From a virus (lineage: Duplodnaviria; Caudoviricetes): a stretch of 34,986 bases of DNA. This document shows positions 8,578 to 18,184 of this stretch, piece by piece (position 1 is the stretch's first letter; each line of letters begins with the position of its first letter). The translations under genes were made by a program, and so were the position numbers. The stretch covers positions 1 through 34,986 of the IMG/VR virus record IMGVR_UViG_3300010150_000067; one strand, written 5' to 3'. The notes below the pieces were generated by a model. That model was not told where the DNA came from and did no database searches. It was given only the letters and a program-made list of their open reading frames with translations.

Positions 8578-9891
8578 TTATGGCTTGTGGATCTCTTCGT
8601 AGATTATAGGGAAAAGTTCTCTGTAATCTGTTCCGCGTCTGCGATCCAGTTCAGTAAGATAACGATGTAATTCTTGTTGTTGAAACTTGTCAGGGGTTTC
8701 GTTTTCTATAGATTTTTTAATACCTTCAAAGTATGTGTGTGCTTTGCCAATAGACCCGTTTGCCGTGTCATTGCCGGCTATTTTGCTTAACTTATCTAGC
8801 GATTCATTGTAACCCCAATCTAGTATCTTGGATCCAAATATTCTAGGATGCATAAAATCTTTACCACTCACTTGCATTAAACTGATATTAATACCCCAGG
8901 GTCTGCCTGCCGCCACTGTTAAATCAGTCCATTCTTGGTATTTGTCTATTAATTCAGGCATAGTAAAAGTAGATATATTGGACCAACATATGTTAATGCT
9001 TCCCATTATTTTCTTACTTTTTATATTGGATATATATTTAAAATTTTTGTCAAACAGAGAAGTGTCGAGCCCAAACCTTACATATTCTGCTTGCTCGTTC
9101 CAGCAGTCAATACTACCAACAATACTTACTTCATATATTTTGCCATTCTCTGCTAACCCAACTAATCTGTCTATTTTTTCCTGTGCTTTGTCTGTTGACA
9201 AGTTACTAAAAAAATGTAGACGCATGTTTTTAAACTTGTCACCGCTATTGTCAATGAGATCTAGTAGCCGGTCAGATTGTGGCTGAATAAAAGGTTCCCC
9301 ACCTAAAATATACAAACTTCTAAGATATTGTCCTTTTTCTTCCAAGTACTCAAATACTTTGTCCAAATATTTTAATTCTTGGAAGTTCTCTTTGCCTGGC
9401 AAATCTGATGGTACCATAAAATTATGGATGTCACCGTATTTTTTATTTTCAGACTCCCATGTACTACTAAAGTGAGAACCACAGTAAGTGCATGATAGTT
9501 GGCAAAGGTTACTAAAATATATTTCAAGTTGTGTAGGAGTAACATGAACAGCATTTGGATCTTTTACTAATTCCACAGGTGATGAAGGTGCATACTCAAG
9601 TTCGTCATGCAACAATCTGTCACTCATGCCACCTGCTTGTTCAATAACTCTACAATGCTCACAGCCAAGTTCTGGCCATTCGTTTCGTAACATTTGTAAT
9701 CTTGCGTGTACTTTTTGGTGAGTATTATGGAAATCAAAATCCTCTGTGATTGGATTATGATCACACCTGTGGCAACTAGCAGTAGTGTTTGTCGTTAGAA
9801 AAACAGTACTAAGAGACCATTTTAATCTGCATTGTAGGTCAGATTGTTTTTCATTAATAATATTATTTTTGTGTACTTTTATAGTAGACAT
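8578..9891 (-). CDS. Radical SAM protein with N-terminal Cys-rich (twitch/SPASM-like) domain
   Basis: CQLSCTYC (CxxxCxxC), GGEPF, N-terminal C...SCHRC...GCEHC. Confidence 0.85.
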   Translation of the reverse strand: MSTIKVHKNNIINEKQSDLQCRLKWSLSTVFLTTNTTASCHRCDHNPITEDFDFHNTHQKVHARLQMLRNEWPELGCEHCRVIEQAGGMSDRLLHDELEYAPSSPVELVKDPNAVHVTPTQLEIYFSNLCQLSCTYCGSHFSSTWESENKKYGDIHNFMVPSDLPGKENFQELKYLDKVFEYLEEKGQYLRSLYILGGEPFIQPQSDRLLDLIDNSGDKFKNMRLHFFSNLSTDKAQEKIDRLVGLAENGKIYEVSIVGSIDCWNEQAEYVRFGLDTSLFDKNFKYISNIKSKKIMGSINICWSNISTFTMPELIDKYQEWTDLTVAAGRPWGINISLMQVSGKDFMHPRIFGSKILDWGYNESLDKLSKIAGNDTANGSIGKAHTYFEGIKKSIENETPDKFQQQELHRYLTELDRRRGTDYRELFPIIYEEIHKP

Positions 9892-9892
9892 A

Positions 9893-10267
9893 TTATTTTA
9901 CTTTTTGCACTAATTGAATGTTTCTGCGCTTCGTTCTTCGTTGGGCTAATTCGTTCATACTAACGTAAGGTCCGTGAACTATCTCTACATCCTTGGCCAT
10001 AAATGTTTTAATGTATGGTTTGAAAGGAGTAAACTCTTTCTTAAGAAAAATATTGATTGGAAATAGCCTATTGGATTCCCACCACCAAACATCTCCTAAT
10101 TCTAAGAATTTTTGTTTAATTTCCAAATTTGGAAGCAAATCGTAATCGTATATACTAACAATGTTAGCATCTTTGTTTAAGATAATTCCAACAAACTCTT
10201 TGTCAGCATACTTAATATAACTTATAAATGGATATTTTTCTGTTAGTTCTTGATAAATGTTAGTCAT
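9893..10267 (-). CDS. Hypothetical phage protein
   Basis: 124-aa ORF with WWWESNR motif, abutting the radical SAM gene. Confidence 0.75.
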   Translation of the reverse strand: MTNIYQELTEKYPFISYIKYADKEFVGIILNKDANIVSIYDYDLLPNLEIKQKFLELGDVWWWESNRLFPINIFLKKEFTPFKPYIKTFMAKDVEIVHGPYVSMNELAQRRTKRRNIQLVQKVK

Positions 10268-10303
10268 ACGATTTTAATAAATATAGTAAAGGATTTTAAT
10301 AAA

Positions 10304-11080
10304 ATGCTAGTTACTACAGTCTATTTATATGACCAAATTGTTAACTTAAAAATTAAGGTTGACACTGACAAACAACACTGGGGGTATGAGATGTACAATC
10401 ATCCGATTAAACTATACAAGGGTATTGATAATACGATACAAATACAAATTAAAAATGATAACCAAAAAACATTAACTATTACAGACAAGACAGTTACTTT
10501 TAATGTTTTAAATTCGTCCGATGGAACAAGCGTTTTATTAAGTAAAACAGCAACTATAGTTGACGGAATTAACGGAAAAGTTAAGGTTGTTGTTACCGAA
10601 GGTGATTTATTAAACTTAGATAGTCAGTATCTAAACTACTCAGTGAAGGTTGTAGATGGAGAAAATAATCAAATGATTGGTTATGTAGATGGCGCGTATG
10701 ATGTTATTGGCCAATTGCAAATTTTAGATGGTGTATTTCCAGACGTGAAGGATAGTTTGGCATTAAACCTAGCAGACTTCACAGCAAGTGGAGGAACATA
10801 TACTAGTAATCCGTTAGTAGCAGAATCAAAACTAAACCAAAATTCAGGATTACATACTGCCGCATTTTATGTAAATGGATATAGCGGTGACATCGTTGTA
10901 CAGGCTACTCTAAGCGATAATGTTGCTCCAGCACCAACCGACTACTTTGACATTAAAACTGTGACATTGGCCAGTAAAACCGGCATTTCTTATACAAACT
11001 GGAACGGTGTATATAACAGAGTTCGATTCGTGCATACTCCTACAGCGGGAAGTATGGAAAAAATTCTATACCGTTCTTGA
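10304..11080 (+). CDS. Putative virion structural protein (BppU-like Ig-fold N-terminal domain)
   Basis: Likely start at ATG 10304 with AAGGA RBS and TAAATA (10278-10283) upstream; LYKGIDNTIQIQIKN...GKVKV beta-rich pattern. Confidence 0.55.
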   Translation: MLVTTVYLYDQIVNLKIKVDTDKQHWGYEMYNHPIKLYKGIDNTIQIQIKNDNQKTLTITDKTVTFNVLNSSDGTSVLLSKTATIVDGINGKVKVVVTEGDLLNLDSQYLNYSVKVVDGENNQMIGYVDGAYDVIGQLQILDGVFPDVKDSLALNLADFTASGGTYTSNPLVAESKLNQNSGLHTAAFYVNGYSGDIVVQATLSDNVAPAPTDYFDIKTVTLASKTGISYTNWNGVYNRVRFVHTPTAGSMEKILYRS

Positions 11081-11105
11081 CATATAACCCATAATACTAT
11101 ATAAT
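11077..11105 (+). promoter_or_regulatory. Consensus sigma70 promoter for primase-helicase
   Basis: TTGACA (11077-11082), 17 nt, TATAAT (11100-11105); ATG 6 nt downstream. Confidence 0.85.
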
Positions 11106-11111
11106 AGTACT

Positions 11112-12095
11112 ATGAACTTAGTACAGTCAGTTATTATGAATAGTTTGCCAGGAAAGGTAAAGAAAAGTTCTAGTGGCTGGAATTCATTTAATGCTCCTTG
11201 TTGTGTACACAACGGCGAAACGCGAGACTCTCGAAGTAGAGGGGGTATTATACTAAATGGCGAAGCAATATCCTATAACTGTTTTAACTGTGGATATAAG
11301 ACAGGATGGCAACCCGGAAGACCATTAGGCAGAAAACTTAGGCAGTTGATGGACTGGATGGGTGTAGCAGAATCAGAGATTAAACGTCTGGTGCTTACCG
11401 CAATACAGTTAAAAGAAACTGCTATTGAACACGGATTAATTGAAGAAGAAGTAGAGATTAATTTTGAGCCTACTGACTTTCCAGAGCAGTGTGATCCATT
11501 ACAAAGTGATAATACTCAAATTGTGGAGTATTTGGTAAACAGGGGGTTAAGTATTAATGACTATCCGTTTTACTGGACACCAGTAACAACAGCAAGATTT
11601 AACAAAAGAGTAGTTATACCCTTTTTATGGAAAAATAACATTGTAGGCTATACGGCTCGTTTAACAGAGAAAGGCAATCCTAAATACTTTAATAGTATGC
11701 CGCAAGGATATGTGTTTAACATTGACGCACAAAAAGATGAGCGTAAGTTCGTAATCGTTACAGAAGGCCCATTTGACGCAATTGCTATAGGCGGTGTTGC
11801 TATACTTGGCAGTGATATGAGCGACGCACAGGTAGACTTAATTGAGAGTTTAAATAAGCAAGTAATAATGGTGCCAGACAATGATAGTGCCGGTAATAAA
11901 TTAATACAGCAAGCATTACACTACAAGTGGGATGTAAGTTTTCCAACTTGGCACGATACATGTAACGATATAAATGAAGCAGTAGTAGAATATGGCAGAA
12001 TGTTTACTTTAAAAAGTATATTAGACAATGTAGAAACATCAAGTCTTAAAATTAACTTAATGGCAAAGAAAAAAATTAATGAACAACGAGTATAA
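11112..12095 (+). CDS. DNA primase (T4 gp61/DnaG-type)
   Basis: Zn-binding APCC...YNCFNCG; TOPRIM VTEGPFDA and PDNDSAG; adjacent to helicase. Confidence 0.92.
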   Translation: MNLVQSVIMNSLPGKVKKSSSGWNSFNAPCCVHNGETRDSRSRGGIILNGEAISYNCFNCGYKTGWQPGRPLGRKLRQLMDWMGVAESEIKRLVLTAIQLKETAIEHGLIEEEVEINFEPTDFPEQCDPLQSDNTQIVEYLVNRGLSINDYPFYWTPVTTARFNKRVVIPFLWKNNIVGYTARLTEKGNPKYFNSMPQGYVFNIDAQKDERKFVIVTEGPFDAIAIGGVAILGSDMSDAQVDLIESLNKQVIMVPDNDSAGNKLIQQALHYKWDVSFPTWHDTCNDINEAVVEYGRMFTLKSILDNVETSSLKINLMAKKKINEQRV

Positions 12096-13497
12096 CGCAG
12101 AACTACAAAAATTATATTTAGAAATGCTAGTGGCTAATCCAGAAGCATATGTTAGAGTACAAAATATTTTTAATCCGCAAAACTTTGATAGAAGTTTACG
12201 TCCGGTGGCGAAATTTATAAAAGAGTATGTAAATGAATATAAGTCTTTGCCCGAAGTAAAACAAATAAACAGCAAGACAGGCTCTAAGTTAAGTGTTATA
12301 GAAGAGGTTACAGAAGATCATACTAACTGGTTAATGGATGAATTTGAAACATTTAGTAGACATAAAGAACTTGAGAAAGCAATCTTAGACAGTGCTGATC
12401 TACTTGAGAAGGGTGACTACAATTTAGTAGAAGCGAAGATTAAGAAAGCAGTACAAATTGGTCTTACTAAGGATATGGGAACAGATTATTGGGATGATCC
12501 TAGAGGGAGGCTAATGTCGCTAAAGTCTAATAACGGACAGTTGAGTACAGGCTGGCCAACATTTGATAAGAAATTATTTGGTGGGTTTAACAGAGGCGAA
12601 CTTAATATTTTTGCAGGTGGTAGTGGTAGTGGTAAGAGTTTGTTTATGCAGAACTTGGCGGTTAACTGGGTGTTAGAAGGCAAAAACGTATTGTACTTTA
12701 CTTTGGAGTTAAGTGAAGAACTTACAGCAATGCGTGTTGATAGTATGGTAGCCAATATTCCAGCAAAGGAAATTTTTAAAGATCTTGATACTGTTGAGAT
12801 GAAGATTAAGTTAGTATCTAAAAAGGCTGGAAATTTACAAATTAAATATATGCCAGCACAAAGCAATATTAATGATTTTCGTAGTTATGTAAAAGAACTA
12901 AGTGTACAAAAAGGAATAACACCAGATGTTATTTTAGTTGATTACTTAGACTTATGTATGCCGGTAAGTGCTAAAGTAGCACCAAGCGATTTGTTTGTTA
13001 AAGACAAGTATGTGGCAGAGGAACTACGTAACTTTGCTAAAGAACTAGACACAGTATTAGTTACAGCATCGCAGTTAAACAGAGGTGCAGTGGATGAGAT
13101 TGAGTTTGATCATTCGCACATTGCAGGTGGTATTAGTAAAGTTAATACAGCAGATAACGTTATTGGTATTTTTACAAGCAGAGCAATGCGCGAGCGTGGA
13201 AGATATCAAATACAGTTTATGAAAACACGAAGCAGTAGTGGTGTAGGACAGAAACTTGATTTAGAGTTTGACTTGGACAGTTTACGTATTCGTGATATAG
13301 GAGAAGAAGCGCAGTCATATCACAGCAATGATGAAAGTACAGAGTATACTCCAACTGGGTCCTCGACTGATATTTTTAATAAAATTAATAGAAGTGCAAC
13401 TGTTAGTGGTGGAGATTCCTCAAAAGTCACAGCAGAATCAAGTGGAAGCAAGATTCGATCGTTATTGAACAACATGAGAACCGATGACGAATTATAA
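12079..13497 (+). CDS. Replicative DnaB-like helicase (T4 gp41-type)
   Basis: STGWPTFD, GGSGSGKS, TLELSE, LVDYLD, TASQLNR, KTR motifs. Confidence 0.93.
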   Translation: MNNEYNAELQKLYLEMLVANPEAYVRVQNIFNPQNFDRSLRPVAKFIKEYVNEYKSLPEVKQINSKTGSKLSVIEEVTEDHTNWLMDEFETFSRHKELEKAILDSADLLEKGDYNLVEAKIKKAVQIGLTKDMGTDYWDDPRGRLMSLKSNNGQLSTGWPTFDKKLFGGFNRGELNIFAGGSGSGKSLFMQNLAVNWVLEGKNVLYFTLELSEELTAMRVDSMVANIPAKEIFKDLDTVEMKIKLVSKKAGNLQIKYMPAQSNINDFRSYVKELSVQKGITPDVILVDYLDLCMPVSAKVAPSDLFVKDKYVAEELRNFAKELDTVLVTASQLNRGAVDEIEFDHSHIAGGISKVNTADNVIGIFTSRAMRERGRYQIQFMKTRSSSGVGQKLDLEFDLDSLRIRDIGEEAQSYHSNDESTEYTPTGSSTDIFNKINRSATVSGGDSSKVTAESSGSKIRSLLNNMRTDDEL

Positions 13498-13500
13498 ATA
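13493..13500 (+). promoter_or_regulatory. T4-type late promoter TATAAATA
   Basis: Exact TATAAATA overlapping the helicase stop, upstream of 13525. Confidence 0.7.
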
Positions 13501-13524
13501 GTATAAATCAAAAGGATTTTTACT

Positions 13525-14013
13525 ATGAAATGGAATAATTGGTTACAAGCAGACTTTGTTGGCCCAAGAGAATGGGTGTTGACTGAACCACTGAAATTTG
13601 AAATAGATAAATTTAGGGTTCCTGATATGGTGCATACACTTTCTGATTGGAGTCGTATGGAACTACAACTAGATGAGACACCAAACACTATTTTAATTAC
13701 TGCTCCAGTGGGCTATCATACAGATTTAGCATCAGTATCCCGGGCAATGTGGGCGGTTATATCTCCATGGGATGTTGCAAGAGGCGCAGTTATTCATGAT
13801 GTTTTGTATGGCGCATTGAGAAAATTTAAAGAAGCAGAAAGTTTAGACAAGTTTCATATTGATAGATTACGAAAACAAGCAGACGTAATATTTAAATTAG
13901 GCATGAAAGCCGCAGACCCGCGTATTCCAAATTGGAAAATTGCGTCTTGTTATTACTCAGTTAGAGGATTTGGTTGGACTTCCATTAATAAGAAAGCAAA
14001 ATTTAACAATTAA
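13525..14013 (+). CDS. DUF1353-family protein
   Basis: PVGYHTDLASV, AVIHDVLY, RKQADVIF, YYSVRGFG motifs. Confidence 0.8.
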   Translation: MKWNNWLQADFVGPREWVLTEPLKFEIDKFRVPDMVHTLSDWSRMELQLDETPNTILITAPVGYHTDLASVSRAMWAVISPWDVARGAVIHDVLYGALRKFKEAESLDKFHIDRLRKQADVIFKLGMKAADPRIPNWKIASCYYSVRGFGWTSINKKAKFNN

Positions 14014-14046
14014 AATACATAAATACATGTAGAGCGTATATAAAAT

Positions 14047-14301
14047 ATGAAACGTAAGACTAGAACTATACTTGAAGAATTAAACACTCTTTATAACGAG
14101 AAGAATAAAAGTGCGATTATCGAAAGTCGCGCTATACACATCATTGACAGTGCCGTAAATCTTGTTAACAAGCTTTATGAAAATTACGATCATGATACTG
14201 CTTCTGAGTTAGAAAGACGCCTCATCAATAGTATACGCGGACAAGATAATAAAAAATTCATTCGTGGTATTCGCAAGGCGGGCGAAAGTGAAGATATCTG
14301 A
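14047..14301 (+). CDS. Small hypothetical phage protein
   Basis: 84-aa helical ORF; ATAAATA at 14019-14025 upstream. Confidence 0.75.
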   Translation: MKRKTRTILEELNTLYNEKNKSAIIESRAIHIIDSAVNLVNKLYENYDHDTASELERRLINSIRGQDNKKFIRGIRKAGESEDI

Positions 14302-15781
14302 TTTAAACGAGGGTAATTGGGATAAAGGCACCAACCCAGACTCTTGGGAAAATAAAGCAGCCAGTAAAGTAGAAAAGTTTTTAAAAGGTGCAGTTGCTGG
14401 CGCCGCTAATCTTATCGGATTAGACGATGAAGAGAGCGAAGAACAACCCAACAAGCCAGTAACTAAAAGAAAACCGAGCCCTAGCCATGACCGGCCAAAC
14501 AGAGAAGAAAGATCAAATAGAGAAGAAAGAACATATCGATTAGGGGAAAGCAAGGACATGGCAAAGTGGACATTGCTAGAAGCAGAAGGTAAGAATACAC
14601 ACATGACTCACTTAGAGGATTTAGTATTCTATGAAGGACTTAATGGTGCAAAAAAGGCATTAAATCATCTTGCTAGTGTTGCTGGCATGTTGTCTGGACA
14701 CGGCGGTAAGAAAGCAAAAGTAACAACTAAGTGGGACGGCAGTCCTGCTATATTTGCTGGGAAAGATCCAAAAGATGGTAGGTTCTTTGTTGCTACTAAA
14801 AGCATATTTAACAAGAGTCCGAAGTTAAACAAAACACCCGCAGATATTAGAAAAAATCACGAATCGCCTGGTCTACAAAACAAACTAATGCTTGCACTTA
14901 AGCATTTTAAAAAGTTAGGTATAGAAGGTATTTTACAAGGCGATATTCTCTTTGCAAAAGAGGACTTAAAAACAGAAAAAATTAATGGTGAGAGTTATAT
15001 TGTTTTCAAACCACAATTAATAACATATGCTGTTCCGGAAGATAGTAAATTAGCAAAACAGATGTTATCATCTGAAATTGGTGTAGTTTGGCATACTCAG
15101 TATGTGGGTGGTCCCGAGTTAGGTGATATGTCAGCACAATACGGTCCAGTAGCACCAAAGAGTACAGCAAAAGTTTTTTCAGATGACGCTACATATAAAG
15201 ATTTAACAGGACTTGCTACCTTAACAGCAAAAGAAACAGATTCAGTAAGACGCGGAATCGAAAAAATAAGTGGTTTGATACAAAAGGTTAATCCTCAGTC
15301 GTTCAATAATATTATGAAAAATAAAGAGTTTAAGAAGTTAATTGAACCCTTTGTTAATAGTAGAATTAAGGCAGGTGAAGGCCAAGTATCAAACGCTACG
15401 CAATTCTTAAAAGATTTTATAAACTACTACGATGATCGTAAACAAAAAGAGATTGATAAACTAAAAACTGGAATCGACGGGCCTGCGGGTCAGGCTCGCT
15501 TAAAAGATATCGAGTCAAACAGACAATTTATTGAGGATAATAGTAATGCTCTTTTAGGAGTATTAGCAGTATATAAACAACTTATCCAAGTTAAGCAAAT
15601 ACTAATTAGAAAACTTAATAGAGTAGAAAGTATTGGTATGTTTTATAAAACAGATGATGGCTATGAGGTTGCCGATCCTGAAGGATTTGTAGCAATTGAT
15701 AAAATTGGCAATGCCGTAAAGTTAGTGGATAGATTAGAGTTTTCACGAAGAAACTTTTTAGACATAAAGGCTTGGAAATAA
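14288..15781 (+). CDS. DUF6267-like protein with ATP-dependent ligase (KxDG) motifs and capsid-targeting-like leader
   Basis: Likely GTG start at 14288 giving MKISDLNE; KNTHMTHLED, KWDGSPA, ILQGD, PEGFV, AVKLVDR. Confidence 0.65.
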   Translation: MKISDLNEGNWDKGTNPDSWENKAASKVEKFLKGAVAGAANLIGLDDEESEEQPNKPVTKRKPSPSHDRPNREERSNREERTYRLGESKDMAKWTLLEAEGKNTHMTHLEDLVFYEGLNGAKKALNHLASVAGMLSGHGGKKAKVTTKWDGSPAIFAGKDPKDGRFFVATKSIFNKSPKLNKTPADIRKNHESPGLQNKLMLALKHFKKLGIEGILQGDILFAKEDLKTEKINGESYIVFKPQLITYAVPEDSKLAKQMLSSEIGVVWHTQYVGGPELGDMSAQYGPVAPKSTAKVFSDDATYKDLTGLATLTAKETDSVRRGIEKISGLIQKVNPQSFNNIMKNKEFKKLIEPFVNSRIKAGEGQVSNATQFLKDFINYYDDRKQKEIDKLKTGIDGPAGQARLKDIESNRQFIEDNSNALLGVLAVYKQLIQVKQILIRKLNRVESIGMFYKTDDGYEVADPEGFVAIDKIGNAVKLVDRLEFSRRNFLDIKAWK

Positions 15782-16497
15782 TGAAATTTATAAAAGATTT
15801 AACAGAAGCAAGGGCGTTGCGAACAGAGCGTGGCCTAAAACTTAGTGCAGAACAGGTTGCAGAAAATATTTACTTGTCAGTGCTGTCGCTTCAAGCAATG
15901 CGTAATGATCCTAATACCGCAAGACAGGCAGCTGAATATGCAAGAAAGACTTTACAGTATCAAGACTTCAGCAATATTAGACAAACAGGCACCGACCTAC
16001 ACAATTGGGTAGCAGTGTTTAATAATCCTTCAAGATACGAAGCACAAATTGGCCCAGTAGGCAGAGCAAGTATGCCTATCTTACAGTTTAAGCGTTATCT
16101 TAGAGACGTAGCACAAGGTAAAAGTAATCCTAACTTTGATAAACAATTCCTCATGTCTTTAGAACGAAACTTGGGAGTTAGTAATGGTGGTTACAGCGCA
16201 GTAAGAAGATTGTTAAGTGACTGGCATAGATTATATGGCAGTGAACGTAAAACAAGTTCAACAAGACTGCTTCAAGCATTAAGAGCCAAAACACCTAAAA
16301 GTGATTTACGTGGATCATACGAAGGATTTATGCGTAAAGGCGGTTATGAACTTAAAGGTGCTAAGAATCCAGAACAAAGCAACAAGGGCTGGGTAAGCAC
16401 AGCAGCCGCTATTGGCGCAGGTGCTCTAGTGGGTACTGCAATAGGTAAATTTATGAAATCTGGAATTATGAAAGGTGGCCCAGTAACTAAACGTTGA
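15781..16497 (+). CDS. Hypothetical late protein with MKFIKDLTE leader and C-terminal Gly/Ala-rich hydrophobic segment
   Basis: ATG at 15781 overlaps upstream TAA; AAAIGAGALVGTAIG near C-terminus. Confidence 0.7.
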   Translation: MKFIKDLTEARALRTERGLKLSAEQVAENIYLSVLSLQAMRNDPNTARQAAEYARKTLQYQDFSNIRQTGTDLHNWVAVFNNPSRYEAQIGPVGRASMPILQFKRYLRDVAQGKSNPNFDKQFLMSLERNLGVSNGGYSAVRRLLSDWHRLYGSERKTSSTRLLQALRAKTPKSDLRGSYEGFMRKGGYELKGAKNPEQSNKGWVSTAAAIGAGALVGTAIGKFMKSGIMKGGPVTKR

Positions 16498-16505
16498 CAG
16501 TTTAG

Positions 16506-16513
16506 TATAAATA
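16506..16513 (+). promoter_or_regulatory. T4-type late promoter TATAAATA
   Basis: Exact box followed by AGGAG RBS and ATG 16536. Confidence 0.8.
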
Positions 16514-16535
16514 GTAGTAAATTAGGAGATTAAAA

Positions 16536-16907
16536 ATGGCTTCAGTAACAAGAACAGTACCTGCATCATTTGGTCTTAGCACCAATTTTCTAGGTAAAAC
16601 ATTGGCACACTTAGATATTGATTTTGGCGCAGACGTTTCAGGAAAGCTAGGCCCAGCATCAGCAGTAGCATCTGCCATGGATGCAATTCAAGGCGCAGGC
16701 TTTAACATTGTAATTATTGGCGCACTACATAGTGCAGACAATAACCTTTCAGTATGTGTTGAGGGTGACTACGGTACAGATACATATGACGGCTCAAACA
16801 GTGAAACATTGGCCGCCCACTTAGAAGATGTTTTAATTGATTTGGGTACAGTCGATTCTGTAAACTTTGCATCAGCAACAGTAACAGCAAAAACATACGT
16901 TCTATAA
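16536..16907 (+). CDS. Small Ala/Gly/Thr-rich putative virion protein
   Basis: Late promoter, strong RBS, own terminator, composition typical of structural proteins. Confidence 0.65.
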   Translation: MASVTRTVPASFGLSTNFLGKTLAHLDIDFGADVSGKLGPASAVASAMDAIQGAGFNIVIIGALHSADNNLSVCVEGDYGTDTYDGSNSETLAAHLEDVLIDLGTVDSVNFASATVTAKTYVL

Positions 16908-16932
16908 TAGAAAATATACATTTTATTTAAAG

Positions 16933-16959
16933 GCGGGATAGAAATATCCCGCTTTTTTT
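16933..16959 (+). terminator. Rho-independent terminator
   Basis: GCGGGATA-GAAA-TATCCCGC followed by T7. Confidence 0.9.
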
Positions 16960-16971
16960 GTGACTGAACGG

Positions 16972-16979
16972 TATAAATA
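16972..16979 (+). promoter_or_regulatory. T4-type late promoter TATAAATA
   Basis: Exact box, followed by a short leader hairpin (GTATAGA-AGAA-TCTATAC, 16989-17006) and AAGGAG RBS. Confidence 0.8.
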
Positions 16980-17032
16980 CTAGTAACGGTATAGAAGAAT
17001 CTATACATTACAAGATAAAGGAGATTATAAAA

Positions 17033-17359
17033 ATGGCAAGTTTAACAAACCCAGCTTATGCAAGAGCACAAGACGACAGTGAATACCTAGGCCGTGACAT
17101 CGTATGGTTATGTTCAACAGGCGGTGACTTCACAACAGATACAGATACACAACTAGCACTAGAAGCAATCGCACAACACGCTACAATTGAAGTTGTAGGC
17201 ACAGTGGCAGCAGCTGGCTTCGTAGTAGGTGTTTCAGGCGCACACGCTCACATTGCAGCCGGTACAGGCGCAGTATGGACAGCACTAGAAGCACGTCTAG
17301 ACGCAATCCAAGCACAAACACTATCAGTAAAAACAATTACAGGTGTTGGCTTAGCTTAA
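17033..17359 (+). CDS. Small, probably highly expressed virion protein (possible distant paralog of 16536..16907)
   Basis: Strongly biased codons (GCA, ACA, GTA, CTA, TTC, ATC); similar MAS-x-T start, [FY]LG[KR] and AMDAIQ/ALEAIAQ segments. Confidence 0.65.
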   Translation: MASLTNPAYARAQDDSEYLGRDIVWLCSTGGDFTTDTDTQLALEAIAQHATIEVVGTVAAAGFVVGVSGAHAHIAAGTGAVWTALEARLDAIQAQTLSVKTITGVGLA

Positions 17360-17413
17360 TTCTTAGCGTAAAATCACAGTTTTTAGCATTGCTAGAAACT
17401 ACTTACAAGAAAA

Positions 17414-17440
17414 GCGGAATAGAAATATCCCGCTTTTTTT
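17414..17440 (+). terminator. Rho-independent terminator, near-identical to 16933..16959
   Basis: GCGGAATA-GAAA-TATCCCGC followed by T7. Confidence 0.85.
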
Positions 17441-17492
17441 GTGACTAAATAATACTTGCTAAATATAATAGTAGCATATTATAGGTATACAT

Positions 17493-18050
17493 ATGGAAAA
17501 TGTAAGAGAACATGGATTTACGGGAGCCGGCAGGTTTGGAAGCGGCGTGGGCGAATTCTTTACAGTATATACGTTAATTGACATTACAATGACAGGCGTA
17601 GTCGCACAATATAGATCTAATCTTCCTGCTTTTGTTGATGACGCTAAACAAATTATCAATAATCAAGAATCTTGGATTAGAAGCCGTGGGCAACAAAGCA
17701 ATTTAGAAACTCTTATACAAACTATTAGTTTACGTGGTAATCCTATGTACATAGAAACTCCACGTAAATATTCTATAGAAGATGTCATAGACTTAGACTT
17801 TGGTTCTTCTTTTAAAAAACAACATGTTTTTTGGGTAACGTCCTTTACAGTAGAACAACCTGGACTTTACTTGGAGCGCGGACAAGAACACATACCTGGC
17901 TCTGGGTTATTGAACGACTTGGCAAATGTTCCAGTTATTTTAGGCTTAACAGAATCGGCTAGTATAAAAACACCCATTTGGGACACGACAAGTGCAAAAA
18001 ACAAAAATATCTACATAACTTCGTCTGATAAACTATCAGTTAATTTCTAA
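17493..18050 (+). CDS. Hypothetical phage protein (probably late)
   Basis: 185-aa ORF; TAAATA boxes at about 17446 and 17460 upstream. Confidence 0.75.
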   Translation: MENVREHGFTGAGRFGSGVGEFFTVYTLIDITMTGVVAQYRSNLPAFVDDAKQIINNQESWIRSRGQQSNLETLIQTISLRGNPMYIETPRKYSIEDVIDLDFGSSFKKQHVFWVTSFTVEQPGLYLERGQEHIPGSGLLNDLANVPVILGLTESASIKTPIWDTTSAKNKNIYITSSDKLSVNF

Positions 18051-18075
18051 TACCTGTTTGCTTAAATACAGTACT

Positions 18076-18153
18076 AGGCAAAGACTTAGGCTCATTTTAG
18101 GCGAAATGAAAAGGCATATTAAAAGGCACATAAATATAGGGCGGGCGGTAGGC
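18076..18153 (+). repeat. Array of seven AGGC/AGGGC motifs at 11-14 nt spacing
   Basis: Motifs start at 18076, 18088, 18099, 18112, 18124, 18138 (AGGGC), 18150, directly after TTAAATA (18062-18068). Confidence 0.8.
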
Positions 18154-18184
18154 AATTGTTGTATTATACATTTAGGAAGGACTT

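Noticed and set aside
18076-18153. AGGC array as a mini-CRISPR
   Set aside because: Repeat unit is only 4-6 nt with ~8-nt spacers; there is no 23-47 nt repeat and no cas gene.
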